Shown here one piece after another: positions 39,077 through 49,900 of a DNA stretch of 64,000 nt (the first letter of the stretch is position 1; the number at the start of each line of letters is the position of its first letter). A program made the position numbers and the translations under genes. Origin of the DNA: Marsupella aquatica (lineage: Eukaryota; Plantae; Marchantiophyta); assembly GCA_973895155.1 (NCBI GenBank), contig OZ316893.1:21808955-21872954 (forward strand), given 5' to 3'. Under the pieces are notes generated by a model that ran no database searches, was not told the origin of the DNA, and saw only the letters and a program-made list of their open reading frames with translations.

Positions 39077-41759
39077 GTGCAGGTTTGACATCACTAGATG
39101 ACAAATATATAAGAGCATTTGGGTCTTTGAGTGTACATGCATTAATCAATTATTGCAACACATATGCTAGAAGCATTTATTGATAAGTGCAGTGGACAGT
39201 TACACATAGTAGTTTCATGCACTTATCGAGCTGAATTGTGCAAGCTGAATTGTGCAGTATGAGGATTCCGGGTATCAGGAGTTGGACGCATATGGCCTGG
39301 CAAGACACTTGTGGCAGTGCATAAGTGATTTCACATGCACTTATTGGAAAGTGCAACATGCACATATGGAGAACTGCATAATGACATACATGCACTTATG
39401 ACATAGTGCATAACATGGATAAGTGCAGGTTTGGGGTGTCTTCCCGGGAGCTTGCACTTAGACACGGTAGACTGTACTTTCCAAGCGCAACCTGAATGAA
39501 TAGACATTAATGCCCAAGAGCACACTCATCCAGGATTGTACACGCCAATATATGCATGCTCTAGCCAAAATAACTGCCCTGACTACAATTAAGGCAAGCA
39601 AGAGGAGTATGTGGTTGCGCACAGTTTTCTGATTTCAGTGACATTGAATGCCAGGTTAAATGGTTATCTTCCTGTGATCAAGAGAACTTGATGGGCTAAA
39701 TAGAAAACCGGATCGGATGTTCCGGTTGAAACCAAACGTTCACTTCATGGGCCCAAGCTTTACTAGGGTGTCAATCCTCCACCCTAACAAAAACCAGGGG
39801 ATTTTCAGTTTGAGACCGGTTACAACACATGCCCACGGTGAACTTAACATCATCAATTTTTGAATGGGCGTCGATGATTCTTGATAGAAGCCTGGCATCT
39901 ATGATTCTTGAAAGGAGCCCACACTTTTGCATGGAGTGAGTTTTGGAGGGGCATTGGTGAATTGGCTGCAGAAGTTGCTGAAGGTCACGTTTTGCCGAAA
40001 TTGCAGAATCTTCCTCTAGGACCCAACCTGCAACATTCCAGTTATGGGAAGTAGTGGTTTGAGATGACCTATTAGGGCATGTCTCAAACTAACTCATTCC
40101 CAGTCAGAGGTTTCCAGTGACCAAAATGTTGTGGGCCGGGCCATGGACCAAAAATCTGAGGTTCCCACAAGACGTGACTGTTAGTAGCCTGGGCGGTCAC
40201 CGCACGGGCGTCTGTATCAAAATTCATTCCACGTGATATGCATTGGCACCCTTCAAGAATCATTGGAGCCCAATTGACCCGTGGGAGTGTGTTTAAACCC
40301 ATGCCATCACATTTACGATCATGACAAAGGCTGAACAAAGACTATACCACCCATTAAATTCAGCTTTTAAATACGATGTCACTATAGAGGTGAGTAATTT
40401 CAATACTGCTATTTTTTTAGTGTATTTAATTTGTTACACTGCTGCACCTTTACAATACAAATAGCCAGAAACAGAGTAAGGGTTAACCATGGGTCAGACT
40501 CTGTCCTGAACGAGACCCTTGTCAGTATGTGATATCTTCCACTTTTCATCGCTAGACTTTCCTAGGAAATCTCAACAAAGGCAATGGAAAACCATTCAGA
40601 CACTTAGAAAATCCACGCAATCAGTGAAATGTGTAACTAAATTACCAATAATGTCCAGCATGGATGTCACAAAGAAATGGCTATGCTCTTTATGTCAAAC
40701 CAGGGGCATGCTTGCCGACCTGAAACTCCCCAGTGAGAGAAGCAATGATATGACATGGTTTGTGGTTTGAAAACTAGAAACTCCAGTAACTACAATGCAA
40801 CAAGCATTCACATATTTCATAAGGATAGCCAATAGGGCAGGTGTCAAAACAGGGCAGTAAGTAAGGTATGGACAAGGACTTCAAATGGTTTTAAGGCCCC
40901 GATAAAAGCATTACAGGCTACCTATATACGTGTTCACTAAGGATCAAAAGACCGAATCATAGAGCCATAAGACCTTGGTTATAAGAGTGCTTTGACACAC
41001 CCTAATATGTCCTGGGGGTAATACCAGGCTCGTACATAAATCAAGCTGAGGTGGGCCAAGGTTTCAAAACCGGTCTATGATCCCCGAGAGATCGAAGGGC
41101 ATCCTTGTAACTATGCTCCCATGATCTCATATGCACTACAACTCAAACCCAGCATCTGCTCGCATAGGGAAGTTCACCAGGAGCTGACATTTCCTTCCAT
41201 GATGAACATATTTTCGGAAGAAAATACCCCTGCGTGTGGTTAATCTTGCATCCTTAGAATCAATTTATTAATTTATTTCGTTATGTTAGGCTGGGTGCAG
41301 TCTGACTAAGCCTTCAACAAGTTATAAAAGTTGAACAGTTTGAGCTAGTCAGAAATGCAGGACCTTGTGATCACTACGACAAGGTGCACCACTGACACAG
41401 AAATGAATCCAGTAATAATGATGGCAGTCTTCTGGTAGGCTCACTCTATTTACACAAGTCATAGATCATGGGGCCTGCACGTCAGTCGAGATTGCGGCAT
41501 TGTTCAACAAGGGTGATGGGCATTTTCTGAGTGAACGAAATGGGGATATGATCGACCTTCATATTCGTTGTCCTTTCCAAATGAGTGAGTGCCTTAGTTC
41601 AGAGATCATTGCTTGACCGCATGCCGATTCAGGAGGATTGAACCTGATAACTTGTTTCTGTCTAACGTCTGAGTAGCTGGTGGGTACGCATGGCATGATG
41701 AAGCTCAACAGTTCACAGCCGGGATCACCGCATATGATTTCCTTCCTTCCCCCTTGCTT

Positions 41760-41912
41760 TTAGGCCCAGACGAGAACTCTGTGCCAATTATTGAGTCTGC
41801 TGCAGAGGTAATGCAAGCCCTGGAGAGTGAACTTGTCGTGAATGTTTGGGGAGCCTCAGGAATGGGGAAGATTAGCCTAGACAAATATGTAGCCCTGCTC
41901 TGCAAACGCTAG
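41760..41912 (+). pseudogene. Relic of a second NB-ARC gene (P-loop region) on the plus strand
   Basis: Translates to LGPDENSVPIIESAAEVMQALESELVVNVWGASGMGKISLDKYVALLCKR*, which aligns by eye with VQKALES..VVTLRGGPGQGKTSMARYLA. Not in the supplied ORF track. Confidence 0.7.
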
Positions 41913-42006
41913 AAGCAAGCCAGAGGGAACAAGCACGTGGCGGATCAATGTCCAACACTACTCTGTTTCTAGCACTTACATCTTGCACTGAAAGTTCAGC
42001 GGGGAG

Positions 42007-42767
42007 TGACTTGAAGCTTTTGATCTGGCGCAGGTTTATTTCTACATCAGTGAGCTCTGTGCACTAGATGGAAAATGGGTTGAACATCTGGTCATATTCA
42101 ATGGGACGCTTCTGTACCGGCTCCGGAGGGACCGCGTTTTCCAGGTTACACTCTCACCCTACGTTATTGATCATTAATTTTTGATTTCAAATACTGACAT
42201 TGTAAATATTTATTGTATCCGATTTTGTGTTTTCGCCTGACATTTTGGTATGTGGATTGCCTGCAACGCATGTACTGAGTCTTTTTTTGGCAATTTGTGT
42301 GGCGCTCGCAGCTTCATTCAGTTCTCAGCACCGAGAAGGAGGGTGAGATTGCCAAGAACTGGAGGAAATGCAGCAGAAGTAGGAGGTCGAAGATCAGGAA
42401 AGGTCCAGCTAGCAAAGGGTCAAACGATTTGGAAAACAGGAGGAAAGTAATTGATGGATGAATGGAAAATCTGGACGAACCAGTGGAAGGGCCTCCACGA
42501 GGTGGAAAAACTTTACCGGCAAGAGTTGAAGGACGGTGAGCCCACCGACGAAGAGGAAGATTATGAGAAAGAAGAAGTAGAGGTAGAGGAGATCCTTACG
42601 ATTGACGAAGTGGTGATCTCCTATGGTTTTGAGCAGGTTGACTACGGTGGAGTAGACAGTATGTGAATTGTCACTTCAGTTTTGTTATATCAAGAATGTA
42701 ACCATTACAATCAAACATTCTACTGCGAGAGTAAGGCCTGATCCAGACATATGCCACGTTATGCTCA
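42007..42767 (+). pseudogene. eIF3b 3' fragment (exon 9, intron 9, exon 10 and 3' flank)
   Basis: Colinear with about 19183-19930, including the intron. Residual ORF MDEWKIWTNQWKGLHEVEK..ISYGFEQVD, with frameshifts and a stop upstream. Confidence 0.92.
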
Positions 42768-43986
42768 AGGAAATGGCTTTCTACTGGAGCCTTTTGCACT
42801 CGGAGATAATTGTCTTGGAAATGAGAATAAGATGGGGCAAACTCTCAGCGAAACCGATCCGACATTCACTGTGAAGAAGGGTAGTGAGTCCGAAAAGAGA
42901 GGAAAAGTGAGTCCAAAGAGACACAGACAATAATCAGAATCCTTGTATTGCAAGCCGATCCATGAATTGGATATCAGTGACCTGCATTAGTTGTCTCTGA
43001 CACACAAAGGGGATCACAAGGGCGGCTGAAGGCACTAGTAGCCAACCTAGGCGTTGGGCTTTCATTTTGTCACAATCATGTCAGGTGCTTCATACTAGGT
43101 CTTGCCGCTTGCGAAAATTAGTGCAAAGGAGAGCTGATTTGCGCATTCATCCGATATGCCAAATTGGTTTCAAATTGACTACACAGGGGCGAGCAAAAGC
43201 ACCAAAGAGTTTTGACATATCAAAACCAAAACTTAAATTCTTTAATGGCATTTTTATACTGTGAACGAATCGAACGAGCGATGTTTTTGGAAAATCACTC
43301 TTACCATTGCAGTCATAACAGCACACACAACTTTCATAACGTTTCGTCAGCTCAATGACCTCTCCGAGTCTCCGAGTCTGGTCCAGACAGTAAGTCTTTA
43401 GTCACATCTATTCTCGCGTCTCCGCAGTCAGACGAACATCGCCAGATGAGTCTTTCGTAACGTCTATTCTTGTGTCTCAGTACACAGACGAGAATTGCCA
43501 CAAGTAGCTGCCGGAAAGGTCCGTCTTGAAAATAAGAATGAGTGTATAAGCTAATTTCACTACGATGGTGATCATGACATCATGGGCAACCTGCATGCTC
43601 CATATTTATCTAGTATTCGGTATTACTGAAATTTAACAACAGTTCTCAGGATAATACCATGGAGGACAGATGGTCGGAGGTTGCAGACAACACAACAGAC
43701 ACTTCATGGTGATGATTGTACGGAATAGGTTGATTTCTAATGCACGACTCGACACCTGCAGAGACTCCAATGAGCAAAATGACGACCATGACCTCTGTCT
43801 CAGGGTCCCCATCCTCAATCACGACAATGCGCAGGCAACCAGTCTAGCTCCATGAATGCAACTTCTACAGAAAGTCATTTTCAACAGTCATTCATTTCGA
43901 CAGCGTATATGTAGCCGAGTGCAACACAAGAACCCTTCAATATCATAATAAGTCACAAGTAATGAGGTTGTGATGTACAATGTAAG

Positions 43987-46900
43987 CTATTTGAGGTTAT
44001 AGCCCAGAAACTGTACCGACTTTGTTCCAAGGGAAAGACCTCTTCCATACCAAATTTCTTCTACGTGTCCAGGTCTGACTCGGAGTGCGCGCTCAGCATC
44101 TGCCCGAGCTCCATCCTCGTCCGACAAAAAGAACCTGACAAGGCCACGGTGTTTAAGGCATTCATAATCATCTGCTTCTAGGCTTAAGATTTCGTCCAAA
44201 TCTGCCAGTGCCCCTATCAGGTCTCCTTGCATCCGTCTCGCAACGCCCCTGTCCTGCAAGCCGAGACCTCTGTGCCCTCCTAATTCAATGAAAAGATTGA
44301 TATCCGCAATCGCCCCATCAAAATCTCTTCGCTTTGCTTTCACAGAAAACTGAACCTGTAAATCAAAGACACCGAGTCGATTTTCATCAGAAAAGAATCT
44401 ATTCGCAAGGGAACATCCTAATGATTTTGTGAGGGAAGAGATTTCAGGGTACTATAACGACTATCCTTCTCTCTTCACAGTCTACATTACACATGTTGGT
44501 TCACAAAACTTCAGGAAACTTCCATCACACCTTGCACACAACAGAGAGCTACCTATCTGCCCTACGGCTCACGTTAAAGCCATGATCAATGATTCATAAA
44601 TCAATTAGTGTGTGGTACATCTCCCAAGTGGTAAGATATTTTACCACAAAATCAGACGAAATTTTGGATTGATGGCTATCAGACTGTCTTCGTACACCTC
44701 AAGTGCCCCCTCATAGTCGCCAAGGTCTACTTCAAACGTGAAAACTCGTAACGCTACTGCTGCCATCTGTCGTACACCCTCGCTTCCATCCTTGGCCGAG
44801 AGTGCTACAAGGCTCCCAATGGCATTCGGGAATTGGGCTATCCTCATCCTGTTTTCTGAATCTTTACCCAACTCCCCTAATGCAACAGCTGCCCCTCCTT
44901 GTACATCCTCGCTTTGACCCTCGACTAAAAGCACTAGAAGTCTTGCGATGGCATTTGGGGAGTAGGCTATCTTCATCCTGTTTTGTCCATCTTGAGCCAA
45001 ACTCCCTAATGCAACTGCTGCCCATTTCTGTACATCCTCGTTTCGACCCTCGCCCAAGAGTGCTACAAGGCTCCCAATGGCATTTGGGAATTGGGCTATC
45101 TTCATCCTGTTTTCTGAATCTTCACCCAAATTCCTTAATGCAAAAGCTGCCCCTCCTTGTACATCCTCGCTTTCATCCTTGGCTAAAAGCACTACAAGTC
45201 TTGCAATGGCATTTGGGGAGTCGGCTATCTTGATCCTGTTTTCCGCATCTTGAGCCAAATTCCCTAATGCAAAAGCTGCCCCCGCTTGTGCATTGCCGCT
45301 TTGATCCTCGGCTAGGAGCGCTACAAGTCTTGCAATGGCATTTGGGGAGTCGGCTATCTTGATCCTGTTTTCCGCATCTTGAGCCAAATTCCCTAATGCA
45401 TCAGCTGCCCCCGCTTGTGCATCGCCGCTTTGATCCTCGGCTAGGAGCGCTACCAGTCTTGCAATGGCATTTGGGGACTCGGCTATCTTGATCCTGTTTT
45501 CCGCATCTTGAGCCAAAGTCTTTAATGCAATAGTTGCACACTGTTGTACAGTCTCGCTTCGATCCTCGGCTAGGAGCGCTACAAGTCTTGCAATGGCATT
45601 TGGGGACTCGGCTATCTTGATCCTGTTTTCTGCATCTTGAGCCAAAGTCCCTAATGCAATAATTGCAAACTTTTGTAAAGCCTCGCTTCGATCCTCGGCT
45701 AGGAGCGCTACAAGTCTTGCAATGGCATTTGGGGACTCGGCTATCTTGATCCTGTTTTCCGCATCTTGAGCCAAAGTCCCTAATGCATCAGCTGCCCACT
45801 GTTGTACATCCTCGCTTCGATCCTTGGCTAGGAGCGCTACAAGTCTTGCAATGACATTTGGGGACTCGGCTATCTTGATCCTGTTTTCCGCATCTTGAGC
45901 CAAAGTCTTTAATGCAATAGTTGCACACTGTTGTACAGTCTCGCTTCGATCCTCGGCTAGGAGCGCTACAAGTCTTGCAATGGCATTTGGGGACTCGGCT
46001 ATCTTGATCCTGTTTTCTGCATCTTGAGCCAAAGTCCCTAATGCAATAATTGCAAACTTTTGTAAAGCCTCGCTTCGATCCTCGGCTAGGAGCGCTACAA
46101 GTCTTGCAATGGCATTTGGGGACTCGGCTATCTTGATCCTGTTTTCCGCATCTTGAGCCAAAGTCCCTAATGCATCAGCTGCCCACTGTTGTACATCCTC
46201 GCTTCGATCCTTGGCTAGGAGCGCTACAAGTCTTGCAATGACATTTGGGGACTCGGCTATCTTGATCTTGTTTTCCGCATCTTGAGCCAAAGTCTTTAAT
46301 GCAATAGTTGCACACTGTTGTACAGTCTCGCTTCGATCCTCGGCTAGGAGCGCTACAAGTCTTGCAATGGCATTTGGGGACTCGGCTATCTTGATCCTGT
46401 TTTCTGCATCTTGAGCCAAAGTCCCTAATGCAATAATTGCAAACTTTTGTAAAGCCTCGCTTCGATCCTCGGCTAGGAGCGCTACAAGTCTTGCAATGGC
46501 ATTTGGGGACTCGGCTATCTTGATCCTGTTTTCCGCATCTTGAGCCAAAGTCCCTAATGCATCAGCTGCCCACTGTTGTACATCCTCGCTTCGATCCTTG
46601 GCTAGGAGCGCTACAAGTCTTGCAATGACATTTGGGGACTCGGCTATCTTGATCCTGTTTTCCGCATCTTGAGCCAAAGTCTTTAATGCAATAGTTGCAC
46701 ACTGTTGTACAGTCTCGCTTCGATCCTCGGCTAGGAGCGCTACAAGTCTTGCAATGGCATTTGGGGACTCGGCTATCTTGATCCTGTTTTCTGCATCTTG
46801 AGCCAAAGTCCCTAATGCAATAATTGCAAACTTTTGTAAAGCCTCGCTTCGATCCTCGGCTAGGAGCGCTACAAGTCTTGCAATGGCATTTGGGGACTCG

Positions 46901-49900
46901 GCTATCTTGATCCTGTTTTCCGCATCTTGAGCCAAAGTCCCTAATGCATCAGCTGCCCACTGTTGTACATCCTCGCTTCGATCCTTGGCTAGGAGCGCTA
47001 CAAGTCTTGCAATGACATTTGGGGACTCGGCTATCTTGATCCTGTTTTCCGCATCTTGAGCCAAAGTCTTTAATGCAATAGTTGCACACTGTTGTACAGT
47101 CTCGCTTCGATCCTTGGCTAGGAGCGCTACAAGTCTTGCAATGACATTTGGGGACTCGGCTATCTTGATCCTATTTTCCGCATCTTGAGCCAAAGTCCCT
47201 AATGCAATAGTTGCAAACTTTTGTAAAGCCTCGCTTCGATCCTCGGCTAGGAGCGCTACAAGTCTTGCAATGGCATTTGGGGACTCGGCTATCTTGATCC
47301 TGTTTTCCGCATCTTGAGCCAAAGTCCCTAATGCATCAGCTGCCCACTGTTGTACATCCTCGCTTCGATCCTCGGCTAGGAGCGCTACAAGTCTTGCAAT
47401 GGCATTTGGGGAGTCGGCTATCTTGATCCTGTTTTCTGCATTCAAAGCCAAGTAAACTAATGCAAAAGCTGCCCCCCGTTGTATATCCTTGCTTCGATCC
47501 TCTGCTAAGAGCGCTACTAGTCTTGCAATGACATTTGGGGATTCGGCTATCTTGATCCTGTTTTCTGCATCTGCAGCCAAAGTCCCCAATGCAACAGCTG
47601 CCCAGTGTTGTACATGCTCCCTTCCATCCTCGGCATGTGGGAATTTAGCTATCTTCATCCTGTTTTGTGGCTTTGCAGCCAAATCCTCAAATGTCAGAGC
47701 TTCCTTGGGTGTTACAGATTGGGTGACATCGGCCAGGAGCGCCACAAGTCTGTCCAGGGCATGTGGAATTGATGTAAATTGGAGCTGATTACCAGGATGG
47801 TTTTGGAACAGGCGATAAAGTAAAAATGACACTAGGATATGAATGTGAGCTGGAGTGTTGTTCGTAGTCTCTAGGAGAACTACTAGAGCAGACAATATTC
47901 TGGGAATGGTGGGTAGAGCTGCATTTGAGGTCACAAACTTTACAAGGGCTTCCAATGTATGGAAAACTGTCTCTTTTGTACTTAATAATATCGAAATGCT
48001 GTTGTCATCAAGCTCATGGCAGAGTATGTACTTTCTGAGAATCTGCAAGGACAACAAGACGTACCGTGGTAATTAGGCAAAACAAAAAACCGGAAAATGA
48101 AATGGAAAAAATCTTGAGAAGCTCAACTTTTTAGTCATCATGTATATTAATAAGAATTGACATAAGCTGGTTGCGAGAGTATTTGGTAGAATAAAAAGAG
48201 ATAATGCTCGACAAATGCTAGTGAAATACACTTGCAGACTATTGTACTTACTTGTTTAGCCAATTGATGCGATTTGTTCTTCCAGTCTTCCCTGGTATCT
48301 GCATGGAGGAGCCAGACAAAGGATTTGATGGGAGCTAGTTGCAACCTCCTTTGTTCGGAAGAGTTGTTCACAATCCGAGACAATGGGATCCCTAATGACT
48401 TTTCTGCTTCGTCACGCCATAGGGCAAGTTCTTGCTCATGCCACTGGTCTTGCCCATAAAGAAGTAGCAATTCAACAAAAATATCCTCCTCTGTGTTGCT
48501 TTCCAAAAACTTGTCTCGGATTGATTTTATTTCACTTGTCTTGATTCTCCCAATAATAGTTTGACGCATAGCATGTACTGACCAGGTCTTGGTGGCAGGG
48601 ACAGTATGCCATGAAGCATTATTACTATCAATTTGGACAAAGTTGTTGGAATGCAAGTGCTGGGAGCACTGTGGAAACTGGGCCAAAGTACCGTGTTGTT
48701 TCTTGAAAAAGAGTTTGATCATCACTTCAGGAACAGGAACTAATTGGCTGTCAAACATTGAGGCCACCAACAGAAGAGTTTCGGCAGACTTTGTGAAAGA
48801 ACGCAAGGCCTTTTCCATACAAGTAATTATGGTTTTTGGATATGAATGATTAAATAAAACAACACGGGAATTGTCGCTATCTTGGATAAGGTCTTCAAAA
48901 TAGTCTATGATGTGTTTCCATGCGTCCAATTCAACAACCCCTTTGCCTCGATTACTTGCACGTACAATTGTTGCCATGTTGGCAAGCACCAAAGGGAGGT
49001 GATCTGCCTTCTCAACAATTGCATCAATTGCCTCCTGCCACACACATGCTCACACAGGTCAACTGCATGCATTCTGATTGCCTGCATTTCAGATTGTCAG
49101 TTACAAGATTCATTTATGTCAAAGCGATACTCAAGCAAAAGGTGTTCATTGCAATATTCTACTCCACAAGGCAAAATTTTGAACTTATGACCACAGATGT
49201 TACCTGCAATGGACGCTGCGTGATCACTATGGGTTCCCCATATACATGGTTTAAGAGAATTTGGGATGCCTCTTCTGAAGTTGGAGGGTCCAACGTGATC
49301 TCCACACATATAGCATCGTTCCACAGTTGTGGTATCTGGGTGGTGACTAGATATTTTAGCCCTCCCCCGGAAACAAAAGCCTCTCTATGAGCTTGTGTTC
49401 ACATACATCATCCAGTATAATCAAAATCTTTTGATTCAAAAGCCTTCTTCTTAGCTCGGAGAGGTAATTCTCAGTCATATCAAAGCCTTCTTGCATAACA
49501 TTGCTGGAACTTGCCTGGCCACGTAGAACTTCCATCGCTGGGGGAAGCTGGTAGCCCAAACTTTTCCATAGTTTGAATAAGAGTTTAAGGAGGTCCTTGC
49601 TATCCATGTTTGGACCACATGGCAAGAAGACTACCCCGTCTTTGAATCTGCTAGTAGCCAAATCCTGGGGAGAAAGATTTTGATGTGGAACAAATTCTGG
49701 TGATTCAGTTTGAGTGGAGGCCCTCTGGTAATACCAAGCCAAATATCTTGCCATGCTTGTTTTCCCTTGTCCCGGTCCTCCACGGAGCGTGACTACAGGG
49801 CCTGTGGTTTTGCTCTCCAGAGCTTTCTGAACTTGAATCATGGTTGCCTTGAGCACCACATACTTGGGATCTTGAGGGAATGGCGACGTCAATCGTGTTA

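Noticed and set aside
38898-39183. Repetitive ORFs (FVNAPDNAR, CTVCKCT) and a CRISPR-like look
   Set aside because: These are translations of a 27-bp minisatellite. There are no unique spacers, no cas genes, and the context is eukaryotic.
44750-47620. Reading the conserved-plus-variable 129-bp array as CRISPR-like or TALE repeats
   Set aside because: Units are in-frame 43-aa ARM repeats (TALE repeats are about 34 aa), and the variable parts recur periodically rather than being unique spacers.
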